Assembly: GCA_946184595.1 (NCBI GenBank)
Contig: CAMHFM010000001.1
Location: 1 to 24,474, forward strand
Length of the DNA stretch: 24,474 nt
DNA from: an uncultured Azospirillum sp.
GTDB lineage: Bacteria; Pseudomonadota; Alphaproteobacteria; RF32; CAG-239
Reading direction: 5' to 3'
Positions within the stretch are counted from its first letter, which is position 1; the number at the start of each line of letters is the position of its first letter. The translations under genes and the position numbers were made by a program. This document shows, in pieces, positions 14,392-23,743 of the stretch. The notes under the pieces were generated by a model. The model searched no databases. It was not told where the DNA came from and saw only the letters and a list, made by a program, of their open reading frames with translations.

Positions 14392-16158
14392 ATGGTTAAA
14401 TTAAAAATTGATAATATTGAAGTCGAAGTCGAAGCCGGAACAAGCATTTTAGATGCCGCAAGAAAGGTGCAAATTAATATTCCAACTCTTTGTAAGCACC
14501 CTGATGTTGATCCGAGTGCAGGTTGCGGGTTGTGTATTGTTAAAGTTGGTGGACGTATTAACCGTTCTTGCTGCACACCTGTTGCAGAAGGAATGGAAGT
14601 TATTACGAATGACGAAGACCTTAAAGAAATCAGAAAAACAGTTTTGAAACTTATTTTGAGTAATCACCCGAATGATTGCTTGAATTGCTCTCGCAGTGGT
14701 CAGTGTGAATTACAAGAAATGACAGCTGAAATGGGTATTGATCAAAACGAAATTATCAAAATGGTTTCTCAAGAACCAAAAGATGATACATCCGGTGCGA
14801 TTGTTTTGGATCCGGCAAAATGTATTGTTTGCGGTCGCTGCGTCAATATCTGCCAAAATGTTCAAAACGTTTGGGCCTTGAGTTATTTACATCGAGGTTT
14901 TGTGACCAAAGTTACTGGTGCTGATGATACCAAATTGGGTGATTCTCCATGTATTCGTTGCGGACAATGTGCGGCACACTGCCCGACTGGTGCAATTACA
15001 GATTATGACAATACACAAAAAGTTTCTGCATTGCTCAGCAATAAAGAAAACGTTACGGTTGTTCAAATTGCTCCGGCTGTTCGTGTTGCTTTAGGCGAAG
15101 AATTCGGTTTCGATTTTGGTTCAAATTTAACCGGAAAAATCTATGCCGCTTTACGTCGCTTAGGATTTTCTAAAGTATTTGATACAAACTTCGGAGCTGA
15201 TTTAACGATTATTGAAGAAGCATCAGAGTTTGTTAAACGCTTTACATCTAATGATAATTTGCCAATGTTTACTTCTTGCTGTCCAGCATGGGTTGACTAT
15301 TTGGAAAAATATCATTCTGAAAACATTCCGAATTTGTCTTCTTGCAAATCTCCACACCAAATGGTAGGCGCTATTGCTAAGACATATTGGGCAGAAAAAG
15401 CCGGTATTGATCCATCTAAGGTTAAAGTTGTTTCAGTTATGCCATGTACCGCTAAAAAGTGGGAAATCGGTCGAGATGAAACAATGAATTCATCTGGTTA
15501 CAAAGATATTGATGAAGTTATTACCACACGTGAATTGGCTAAAATGATTAAAGCCGCTGGTATTAACTTTAAGGCCTTAAAAGAGGAAGAAGCTGACAAT
15601 CCGTTGGGTGAATACTCCGGTGCCGCAACCATCTTCGGCGTAACAGGTGGTGTGATGACAGCAGCTTTAAGAACCGCTTATTTCTACATCACAGGTGAAG
15701 AACTCGGAGAATTAAACTTCAAAGCAATAGAAGGATTAGATGCTGTTAAGGTAGCTGAAATTGATATTAAAGGAACCAAAGTTCGCATCGCTGTCGTCAA
15801 TGGTGTTGGCAATGTTGAACCGGTTATGGAAGCCATCAATAAAGCGAAAGCCGAAGGAACGGAATTACCATATCACTTCGTTGAAGTTATGGCTTGCCCG
15901 GGCGGCTGTATTGCCGGTGGTGGTCAACCGCGCGTTATGGGAGCTACCTTTGATAAACCTTGGGGTATTAATGATGAAATTCGTAAACTCCGTTCAAAAG
16001 GTTTGAATACGGAAGATGTTGAAGCTAAAAACCGTCTGTCTCACAAGAATGAGTCTATTAAAAAGCTCTATGCCGATTATCTCGGTGAGGCTGGTGGGGA
16101 ACGGTCACATCATTTGTTGCATACGAAATATCAAAAACGTCCTTTATATAAAAAATAA
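14392..16158 (+). CDS. hydA: [FeFe]-hydrogenase catalytic subunit, group A (A3 by gene context)
   Basis: [2Fe-2S] domain, His-ligated HPNDCLNC..C cluster, two CxxCxxCxxxC motifs, and H-cluster motifs TSCCPAW, MPCTAKKWE, EVMACPGGCIAGGGQP. Confidence 0.96.
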   Translation: MVKLKIDNIEVEVEAGTSILDAARKVQINIPTLCKHPDVDPSAGCGLCIVKVGGRINRSCCTPVAEGMEVITNDEDLKEIRKTVLKLILSNHPNDCLNCSRSGQCELQEMTAEMGIDQNEIIKMVSQEPKDDTSGAIVLDPAKCIVCGRCVNICQNVQNVWALSYLHRGFVTKVTGADDTKLGDSPCIRCGQCAAHCPTGAITDYDNTQKVSALLSNKENVTVVQIAPAVRVALGEEFGFDFGSNLTGKIYAALRRLGFSKVFDTNFGADLTIIEEASEFVKRFTSNDNLPMFTSCCPAWVDYLEKYHSENIPNLSSCKSPHQMVGAIAKTYWAEKAGIDPSKVKVVSVMPCTAKKWEIGRDETMNSSGYKDIDEVITTRELAKMIKAAGINFKALKEEEADNPLGEYSGAATIFGVTGGVMTAALRTAYFYITGEELGELNFKAIEGLDAVKVAEIDIKGTKVRIAVVNGVGNVEPVMEAINKAKAEGTELPYHFVEVMACPGGCIAGGGQPRVMGATFDKPWGINDEIRKLRSKGLNTEDVEAKNRLSHKNESIKKLYADYLGEAGGERSHHLLHTKYQKRPLYKK

Positions 16159-16170
16159 AGTGCAACAAAG

Positions 16171-16210
16171 TTATAAAAAAATCCTCCTGATTAGGAGGAT
16201 TTTTTTATAA
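16171..16210. terminator. Bidirectional terminator, 18-bp perfect inverted repeat
   Basis: TTATAAAAAAATCCTCCT-gatt-AGGAGGATTTTTTTATAA between the convergent hydA and adhE. Confidence 0.92.
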
Positions 16211-16221
16211 GCAATATTTAT

Positions 16222-18828
16222 TTAGAATTTACCTTTATAAGCATCAAGATAAATTTGTTTGATGTCGCTCATTAACGGATAAACCGGATTAGCGCCTGTA
16301 CATTGATCATCAAAGGCTAAACGGACAAGCTCATCAAGATTATCCTTAAAGACCTTCTCATCAATGCCGTATTCTTTAATAGAGGATGGAATGCCGATTG
16401 TCTTCTTCAAATCAACAATTGCTTTAAGGAGCAATTCAATCAACTCATCTTCACTGCTCTTATCATTACCAAGATAAAGAACATGGGCAATCTGTGCATA
16501 GCGTTTTTTAGCTTCAGGAGCTTTATATTGCGGGAAAATAGCCTGTTTTTTAGGACAATCTGTCGCATTATAACGAATAACCTGACATAACAGTAAAGCA
16601 TTAGCTACGCCATGTGGAATATTATACATAGCACCTAGCTTATGAGCCATAGAGTGGCATAATCCTAAGAAAGCATTAGCGAATGCCATACCGGCAATGG
16701 TAGCTGCATTATGCATTTTTTCTCTTGCAAAAGGATCTGCAGCGCCGTCTTTATAAGCTCGGGGCAAATAGCGGAAAATCTGCTTAATAGCTTCCAAAGC
16801 TAAAGAGTTTGTATAGTTTGTAGCCATGCAAGAAACGTAGGCTTCTATTGAGTGAACTAAAGCATCAATACCGCCGGCAGCCGTTAAGCCTTTAGGCATA
16901 CTATCGACAAAGTTTGCATCAATAATAGCCATTGATGGCGTTAAAGCATAATCAGCTAAAGCATATTTAACATGTGTCTCATCATCAGTAATGATTGAGA
17001 ACGGTGTAACTTCAGAACCGGTACCTGATGTTGTCGGAATACAAACTAACTTTGCTTTTTCTCCGAGTTCAGGAATACGGCAAATACGTTTTCTGATATC
17101 CATAAAACGCATAGAAATATCTTCAAAATTAGTTTCCGGATGCTCATACATTAACCAAATAATTTTAGCAACATCCATCGGAGATCCACCACCCAAAGCA
17201 ATAATTAAATCCGGTTGATAGGTGTTAACCATAGCCAGAGCTTTTTTAGCGGTTGATAAGGTCGGATCCGGCTGAACATCAAAGAAAATTTGAAAATCAG
17301 TACCGATTTCCTCTAAAGTATCTGTTACTGTACGAACGGCACCGGAATCAAATAAAAATCTATCGGTAATGATAAAGGCACGCTTTTTACCTTCGTACTC
17401 ACGCAAAGCCAAATCTGTTGAACCGCGCTTGAAATAGATTTTTGGCGGAACTCTGAACCACAACATATTTTCTCTCCTTTCTGCAACTGTTTTATAGTTG
17501 ACAAGATGCTTAACGCCGACATTTTCACTTACGGAGTTTCCACCCCAAGAACCGCAACCCAAAGTGAGGGATGGTTCTAAACGGAAATTATACAAATCAC
17601 CGATTCCGCCTTGAGAGGCCGGAGAATTAATTAAAATACGACCGGTTGGCATTTTTTGCGCATAAAAATCTATTCTGTCTTGGACTCTTTCGTCTGTATA
17701 AAGAACAGAAGTGTGTCCTAAACCACCATTATTAACCAAGGCAAAAGCAATATCCGTTGCTTGCTCAAAGTTCTTAGCTTTATACATGGTCAAGATTGGT
17801 GAAAGTTTTTCATGAGCGTAAGGATTTTTCATCGTATAATCTGTTTGCTCGGCTAATAAAATTTTTGCATCTTCCGGTACTTTAAATCCGGCAAGCTTGG
17901 CAATTTTATAGGCCGGTTGTCCGACGATATCTGCATTCACACCTTTTTCCGTTAAAATGATTTTGCCTAAAGCGGTCATTTCTTTTTTATTAAGCAAATA
18001 AGCGCCACGATAAACAAATTCTTTCTTAACTTCATCGTAAATATCGTCATCAACGATAACAGATTGCTCGGAAGCACAAATCATACCGTTATCAAAAGTT
18101 TTTGACATCAAAATTGAAGAAACGGCCATTTTAATATCGGCGGTTTCATCAATAATAGCAGGTGTATTTCCCGCACCGACACCAAGAGCTGGTTTTCCAC
18201 TTGAATAAGCTGCTTTAACCATTCCCGGACCACCGGTTGCTAAAATAGCTTGAATTTTCGGGTGCGTCATCAAACATTGCGTTAATTCAACGGAAGGCTC
18301 ATCAATCCAACCAATAATATCTTTCGGCGCTCCCGCAGCAACAGCCGCATCAAGGACGACTTTGGCAGCGGCAATCGTACTTTTCTTAGCACGTGGATGT
18401 GGGGAAAAGATAATACCGTTTCTGGTTTTTAAGCAAATTAAAGATTTAAAAATAGCTGTAGAAGTCGGATTGGTCGTGGGGACAACCCCGGCAATAACAC
18501 CCAAAGGAGAGGCAACAATTTTAACCCCATTAACCTTATCTCTTTTAATCAGACCACAAGTTTTAACATTTTTATGTTTGTTATAAATGTATTCTGAAGC
18601 AAAATGATTTTTAATAATCTTATCTTCTAATACACCCATACCAGTTTCTTGGACGGCTAATTCAGCCAAATCAATGCGCATTTTATTAGCAGCTGTCGCT
18701 GCTGCCTTAAAAATAGCGTCAACTTTTTCTTCTGAAAATGTCGCAAATTGATTTTGCGCAATATGAACGCGTTCAATTAACGCGTTCAAATCGTCCAGAG
18801 ACATTGCTTTTTGCTCTTTCGTTGCCAT
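16222..18828 (-). CDS. adhE: Bifunctional acetaldehyde-CoA/alcohol dehydrogenase
   Basis: ALDH domain (GAGNTP, FDNGMICASEQ, GCGSWGGNS) fused to an iron-dependent ADH domain (GGGSPMD, TTSGTGSE, HSMAHKLG..HG); 868 aa. Confidence 0.97.
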   Translation of the reverse strand: MATKEQKAMSLDDLNALIERVHIAQNQFATFSEEKVDAIFKAAATAANKMRIDLAELAVQETGMGVLEDKIIKNHFASEYIYNKHKNVKTCGLIKRDKVNGVKIVASPLGVIAGVVPTTNPTSTAIFKSLICLKTRNGIIFSPHPRAKKSTIAAAKVVLDAAVAAGAPKDIIGWIDEPSVELTQCLMTHPKIQAILATGGPGMVKAAYSSGKPALGVGAGNTPAIIDETADIKMAVSSILMSKTFDNGMICASEQSVIVDDDIYDEVKKEFVYRGAYLLNKKEMTALGKIILTEKGVNADIVGQPAYKIAKLAGFKVPEDAKILLAEQTDYTMKNPYAHEKLSPILTMYKAKNFEQATDIAFALVNNGGLGHTSVLYTDERVQDRIDFYAQKMPTGRILINSPASQGGIGDLYNFRLEPSLTLGCGSWGGNSVSENVGVKHLVNYKTVAERRENMLWFRVPPKIYFKRGSTDLALREYEGKKRAFIITDRFLFDSGAVRTVTDTLEEIGTDFQIFFDVQPDPTLSTAKKALAMVNTYQPDLIIALGGGSPMDVAKIIWLMYEHPETNFEDISMRFMDIRKRICRIPELGEKAKLVCIPTTSGTGSEVTPFSIITDDETHVKYALADYALTPSMAIIDANFVDSMPKGLTAAGGIDALVHSIEAYVSCMATNYTNSLALEAIKQIFRYLPRAYKDGAADPFAREKMHNAATIAGMAFANAFLGLCHSMAHKLGAMYNIPHGVANALLLCQVIRYNATDCPKKQAIFPQYKAPEAKKRYAQIAHVLYLGNDKSSEDELIELLLKAIVDLKKTIGIPSSIKEYGIDEKVFKDNLDELVRLAFDDQCTGANPVYPLMSDIKQIYLDAYKGKF

Positions 18829-18838
18829 TTTTTCCTCT

Positions 18839-20302
18839 CTATTTAGTATCCTTTAATGAATAACTTTGAGCCGAATAATCGGTTACTTTCTTTAATGCCA
18901 TTTTAACAGTATTTAATCCGGCATTACCGGCAATACAACCGCCTTCACAACTCATAACCTCAATTAAATTACCGAGTGGGCATTTCCCAGTTTTGGCATA
19001 TACTTTAAGATCACGAACGGTTGTTTTAGTCAGGCCGTTGATAATACCTGGTTTCAAAGCATCGGGATCGCCTTTCCAAGCAGCTTGAACAGAACGAGCA
19101 ACACCGCCGGATAATGGAAAATCTCGAGCTTCCTTAGAACTCTTAAATTTGTACTCTTTACTTTCGCAAGTATCAACTTCTATACCAAAAGCAATAAAGA
19201 TTGCCCCTAATTCCTCAAAGTTCAAAACATTATTGACGTTTGGATTGTCAAGAGCTTCTTTTCTTTTGGCAAAGCACGGGCTGATAAATACGGTTTCAGC
19301 ATTTGGGTGCTCCTTCTTAACAATTTCCGCTGTATAATAAAGCGGTGTATGCGCATCCGAAACATAAGGCTTAATTTCAGGAATATGCTTTTTAATCAGC
19401 TCATTGTATGCGGCACAACAAGATGTTGTCATAAACGGGGCACCTTGTTCTAATCTTTCAGCAAAATCACGGGCTTCAACCTGAATAGTCGTATCAGCGC
19501 CTTGAGCAACTTCATAAACATCAGAAAAACCGACTTTTTTGAAGGCTTCGATAAATTGTTCGGCTGAGCAAGGTAAATGTCCGACTAAAGCCGGTGCAAA
19601 CATAGCAATAACTTCCTTGCCTTGTTTGATTTTAGAAAGCACATCAATAATCTGACTTTTAGCATGTGTTGCGCCGAACGGACATGCAGAAACACATTTA
19701 CCGCAAGAGATGCACTTATCTTTATCAATATGAGCAAAACCATCTTCACCTTTAGCAATAGCACCGACAGGGCAGGCTTCTTCACAAGGAACAACGGTTT
19801 TAACAATTGCATGATAAGGGCAAGCATTCATGCACATACCGCATTTCTTACATTTTTCTTCATCAATAACTGAACGCTTACCGTTATTACTGATAGCACC
19901 AAAATTACAAGCCTTCATACAAGGTTTAGCAACACAGTTCTGACATAACTCCGTGACAAAAACTCTGGCAGAAGGACAACCTTTACAAGCATTTTGTAAA
20001 ACAGTTAATGGCTCAGATTCCGGACGTTCACGAGTTAATGCGCGCTTAGCAAAATCAGAAAGCAATGTACGCTCATCATCTTCTTCCATTGCAAAACCAA
20101 GTCCTGCAATTGTTCTGGAGCGCAAAATAGCTCTTTCTTTATAAACACAGCAGCGGAAAGGAACTTCACTTCCTTTCGGACGCATATCATAAGGGATAAG
20201 ACGGACATTTTCTTCAAAATTATCCGACATAAAAGCTTTAATAAGACGAATTAGAATTTCACGTTTTAATTTTTTAGTTTCTATTTCTGGTGCATTAGTC
20301 AT
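18839..20302 (-). CDS. Monomeric group B [FeFe]-hydrogenase (HfsD/HydA2-like), probably ferredoxin-dependent
   Basis: CCVYKERAIL N-terminus, several ferredoxin-type Cys motifs, FAPA, TSCCAAY, SPCFAKRKE, EVMSCEGGCIAG. Confidence 0.9.
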   Translation of the reverse strand: MTNAPEIETKKLKREILIRLIKAFMSDNFEENVRLIPYDMRPKGSEVPFRCCVYKERAILRSRTIAGLGFAMEEDDERTLLSDFAKRALTRERPESEPLTVLQNACKGCPSARVFVTELCQNCVAKPCMKACNFGAISNNGKRSVIDEEKCKKCGMCMNACPYHAIVKTVVPCEEACPVGAIAKGEDGFAHIDKDKCISCGKCVSACPFGATHAKSQIIDVLSKIKQGKEVIAMFAPALVGHLPCSAEQFIEAFKKVGFSDVYEVAQGADTTIQVEARDFAERLEQGAPFMTTSCCAAYNELIKKHIPEIKPYVSDAHTPLYYTAEIVKKEHPNAETVFISPCFAKRKEALDNPNVNNVLNFEELGAIFIAFGIEVDTCESKEYKFKSSKEARDFPLSGGVARSVQAAWKGDPDALKPGIINGLTKTTVRDLKVYAKTGKCPLGNLIEVMSCEGGCIAGNAGLNTVKMALKKVTDYSAQSYSLKDTK

Positions 20303-20555
20303 GTTTTAACTTACTTTCAATAATACTTATAACTTTTTCAACAGTTGCTGATGGAACAATTTCATCATCAATATAGATATATGGAGCTTGAGAAAAAGAA
20401 TCATTTTCATGGCAAGCTTCCAAACATCTGACAGGTAAAATTTCAACGGTATCCGCATATTTTTCTGCCAAGACTTCCTGTATTGCTTTAGTAACACTTC
20501 CCCCCATAACAAAACAAGTTGTTCCTTGGCAAATTTTAACTTTTATTTTTTCCAT
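20295..20555 (-). CDS. Small thioredoxin-like [2Fe-2S] protein (NuoE C-terminal/HfsA-like)
   Basis: CQGTTC...CLEAC (Cx4C...Cx3C); overlaps the downstream gene by 8 bp. Confidence 0.85.
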   Translation of the reverse strand: MEKIKVKICQGTTCFVMGGSVTKAIQEVLAEKYADTVEILPVRCLEACHENDSFSQAPYIYIDDEIVPSATVEKVISIIESKLKHD

Positions 20556-20564
20556 GTTGTCCTC

Positions 20565-21725
20565 CTACATATAGTGGATAATAGCCTGCTTAAAATACTT
20601 ATTTTCCAAAAGCTTTTTCATCTTTTTAATGATTGTTCTTCTGACTTCTATTTCAATAGGCAAAGATGGGTCATAGTGAGCCTGATTAAGCATAGCACCG
20701 ACCATAAATTCTATGATATCCGAGCTTAAAAGAAAATCGACAAGTTGTCCAGCGGCATCTTGATGAAAAAGTTCTTCTCGCTCTAAATATTCTGTTGCTC
20801 TGGTTAAGGTTAAAATTCCTTCCGTAACCAAATCAATACCTTCCATAGCAGCAATCGGCGGTAAATCTCCGGAGTTAGGGTGAGGAATATTAACAATTTC
20901 CCGCCGTAATTCTCGAGAAACCAAATTTGCGGTTGTTCCGCCGCAAATAGCTTTTTTACCGGCAAAACAATCAAAAGACATACAATATTCCCGGTCTTTC
21001 ATCTTGTTATATGGGGGGCCGGTAAATATCAAAGCTTTTCGCGGATTCCTAAAATATAAAACTGCACAGGAAATATCGTCTCCAGCATGCTCTTGTAACT
21101 CAACAGAAAGAGCTTTTTGAATAACTTGAGATGATAAATCAGTACTGGAAATATCAGAATTTTTAACCAAACATTCTTTAACAAAATGCAATAATCCTTC
21201 TCGCTTAAATCCCAAAGGATATGCTTGTGTTCCTATTCCTGCTTGAGTTACACCATCAGAGCAAAAGATAATTCGGTCACCGACTTCTGCTTTAAATTGA
21301 TATAATCTCAAATGTCTTTCCGGAAATTTAGGAGAAGTATATTCTTCATATTCCAGAGGAACTTCTTCCCCATGACGCATTAGTAAAAAGGAAGGATTAC
21401 CCTCTTCCACAATCCATGTCGTGCCATCACTTCGGCAGTCTATTGCGGAAAATGTCGCATAGCTGATTTTTCTGATTTGACACACCGGTAAGGAGTCCAT
21501 AATCGTTTGTGCGGCTTTTTGAATAGGAATATCCTCCTCAATAAAACGCATCAGCATGGTAGAAGTCATACAAGATAAAATATTGGCCTTGATACCGCTT
21601 CCCAAGCCGTCAGATAAAACGGCAATCAAACGCTCTTGGTTATCAGAACGTTTTGAGACGAAATAATCGCCAAAGGCATTTTGCCCGAACTTTTTTATTT
21701 GTGAACAATCTACATCAATGAACAT
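20565..21725 (-). CDS. SpoIIE/PP2C-type Ser/Thr protein phosphatase (HfsC-like)
   Basis: AFGD, VLSDGLGSG, FCSDG and GDDIS metal-binding motifs; C-terminal KKAICGGTTA domain; position next to the sensory hydrogenase. Confidence 0.9.
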   Translation of the reverse strand: MFIDVDCSQIKKFGQNAFGDYFVSKRSDNQERLIAVLSDGLGSGIKANILSCMTSTMLMRFIEEDIPIQKAAQTIMDSLPVCQIRKISYATFSAIDCRSDGTTWIVEEGNPSFLLMRHGEEVPLEYEEYTSPKFPERHLRLYQFKAEVGDRIIFCSDGVTQAGIGTQAYPLGFKREGLLHFVKECLVKNSDISSTDLSSQVIQKALSVELQEHAGDDISCAVLYFRNPRKALIFTGPPYNKMKDREYCMSFDCFAGKKAICGGTTANLVSRELRREIVNIPHPNSGDLPPIAAMEGIDLVTEGILTLTRATEYLEREELFHQDAAGQLVDFLLSSDIIEFMVGAMLNQAHYDPSLPIEIEVRRTIIKKMKKLLENKYFKQAIIHYM

Positions 21726-23435
21726 TTAGTCCTCGTCAGTATTATACTCATTAGCAATAGTGTTCAAAATGGTTTCGGTTTGCACCATATGTTCTCCGAG
21801 CAAACAAGCAATTTGTTGAACAGTAGAAATGTTTTTATCAATAACTTCTTTAGCCTTTTGCGCAACGATTTCACGAGAATGACTGGTGCTTGTGATATCG
21901 GTAATGGTCACACCAATACTAACATTCGGTTCAATCGGAAAAACATGGAGATCATAAAATTTGTTATTGTATTTATAATTTTCTTTATGAGCTTCATTTC
22001 CGCCGGTTAAAACCGAAGAAAAGATTTTCTGCGCATCAAAAAAGTTTTTAATTTCTTTTCCCGTTAGTTTTTGCGGATCTGATAAATAACTTCCTTGGTC
22101 ATTTCCTGTAAACATCTTAATGAAAGCCTCATTGGCCTCTATAATATCCAAATCTTTATCAAGCATAACCATAGCGGAAGGAATACTTTTAAGCATAGCG
22201 CTTGCTTTTTTAGTGGCTAACTTGCGCATATAAGAAACACACATTGAAGGTTCGGCATCACCATCCAGTAAAGCCTTTGCCATATCTTTACAAGTTTGAT
22301 ATCCGCAACCGGCGCAATTTAGTTCATCTTCTGGGAGATATTTGCCGATTTTATGCAAAGCTTCCTGAATTTCATCCATCGAATATGTTTTTTGTGAAAC
22401 CGGATTCGGTGTGTATTCTTGAGAGACAACAACATCAGGAGTAGTCGGAATATTTTCGCGATATTTAATATGAGATAAAACGCGAGACATATTATTGACA
22501 TCAGAAGATGTTGTCGCGATACAAGGGCCATGCATGCAACCGCCGGCACAAGCCAAAGCTTCTATGAAAACAGGATTTTTTAATTGATCTTTTGCAAAAG
22601 AATTAACTGCCAAATCAAAAGCTTCAAGCGAACAAACCTGACATAAATGGACATTATCTTTAACGCCGATTTTTTTGATGGTTTCATTCATACCACCATC
22701 CATCGGATAGAGATTACCCTCATAAGCATGAGAAGGGACAAAGTCTTCGCCGTAACAATCGCCTGTTGCTATCGGGGTATCACTTTCTTTAAGCCACAAT
22801 TTAAGTTCTTCAAAAGTCAGGGCAAAATCAATGAGATCTTTATGTGTATCTGATTCATTTTTTTTGGCGATACAAGGACCTACAAAAACAACGGAAATAT
22901 CTTCTCCCAAACTTTTTTTCAGCAATTTGGCATGTGTCAAGGCCGGAGAGGCAATTGGAACGATATATTCTGCCAATTCCGGTTTATAAAGTCTGATATA
23001 TTTGACAATAACCGGACAAGCACTTGAAATCAGTAAACCTTTATCTGTTTGATTAAGCAAACGAGCCGTTTCAATAGAAACTTCTTGTGCACCCAAAGCT
23101 GTTTCACTAACCCCGGCAAAACCTAATTTTTTCAAGGTCGCAATCATTTGTCTTCTGGTGCAAGAAAAAGAAGCGCGCCAACTTGGAGCTAAGGAAACAT
23201 ACACATTTTTACCAGCACCGATAAGTTGTTTAACTTTATCAATATCATTTCTGACACGTTTAGCCTGGCTTGGACAAGGGGCAACGCAACGGCCGCACTC
23301 TATGCATTTTTCTGATAAAACGCAAGCGTGTCCATCCTGAATACGGATTGATTTGACAGGACAACGGCGAACGCATTTATAACAGTCCTGACATTCATTA
23401 TATAAGGTATAAACGATTCCTGTATTTTCGCTCAT
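21726..23435 (-). CDS. hydS: Sensory group C [FeFe]-hydrogenase with PAS domain (HydS/HfsB-like)
   Basis: Two [4Fe-4S] motifs, variant H-cluster motifs SSACP (proton-relay Cys replaced by Ala), GPCIAKKNE and EALACAGGC, an extra Fe-S motif LNCAGCGYQTC, a PAS-like segment SIPSAMVMLDKDLDIIEAN, and a QQIACLLGE tail. Confidence 0.9.
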   Translation of the reverse strand: MSENTGIVYTLYNECQDCYKCVRRCPVKSIRIQDGHACVLSEKCIECGRCVAPCPSQAKRVRNDIDKVKQLIGAGKNVYVSLAPSWRASFSCTRRQMIATLKKLGFAGVSETALGAQEVSIETARLLNQTDKGLLISSACPVIVKYIRLYKPELAEYIVPIASPALTHAKLLKKSLGEDISVVFVGPCIAKKNESDTHKDLIDFALTFEELKLWLKESDTPIATGDCYGEDFVPSHAYEGNLYPMDGGMNETIKKIGVKDNVHLCQVCSLEAFDLAVNSFAKDQLKNPVFIEALACAGGCMHGPCIATTSSDVNNMSRVLSHIKYRENIPTTPDVVVSQEYTPNPVSQKTYSMDEIQEALHKIGKYLPEDELNCAGCGYQTCKDMAKALLDGDAEPSMCVSYMRKLATKKASAMLKSIPSAMVMLDKDLDIIEANEAFIKMFTGNDQGSYLSDPQKLTGKEIKNFFDAQKIFSSVLTGGNEAHKENYKYNNKFYDLHVFPIEPNVSIGVTITDITSTSHSREIVAQKAKEVIDKNISTVQQIACLLGEHMVQTETILNTIANEYNTDED

Positions 23436-23662
23436 AGTTTCTCCAAAAGTTCTACAAGTTCATTCTGTGAGGGGTGTGAATATTTGGTTTCCCCGATAAA
23501 AATATTTGGGCCGTCTTGGCATGAATTTGTGCATCTGCACCCTAATAACTCTATTGAAATATCTTTATTATTTTCCCGAATATAGTTTTCTAAAAAGGCA
23601 AGAGTCTTATCATTTCCTCGTACGTAACAAGAACTACCTAAACAAACTTTAATAACAGTCAT
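23432..23662 (-). CDS. Small thioredoxin-like [2Fe-2S] protein (HfsA-like), first gene of the operon
   Basis: CLGSSC...CTNSC motifs; ATGA overlap with hydS; GAGGA RBS. Confidence 0.85.
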   Translation of the reverse strand: MTVIKVCLGSSCYVRGNDKTLAFLENYIRENNKDISIELLGCRCTNSCQDGPNIFIGETKYSHPSQNELVELLEKL

Positions 23663-23689
23663 TACATCCTCTTTTATGATTTTTTTTCA

Positions 23690-23718
23690 CATATAACTTG
23701 GTGTATGCGTAAAATCAA
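23690..23718 (-). promoter_or_regulatory. Candidate promoter of the sensory hydrogenase-adhE operon
   Basis: Minus strand TTGATT-N17-TATATG. Confidence 0.45.
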
Positions 23719-23743
23719 GCAGAAAATATGCATCATAAAGCTT

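Noticed and set aside
23674-23692. Rex- or CRP-like site TTATGAT-N5-TTCACAT near the sensory operon start
   Set aside because: The spacer is one base too long for both Rex (N4) and CRP (N6), and the left half matches poorly.
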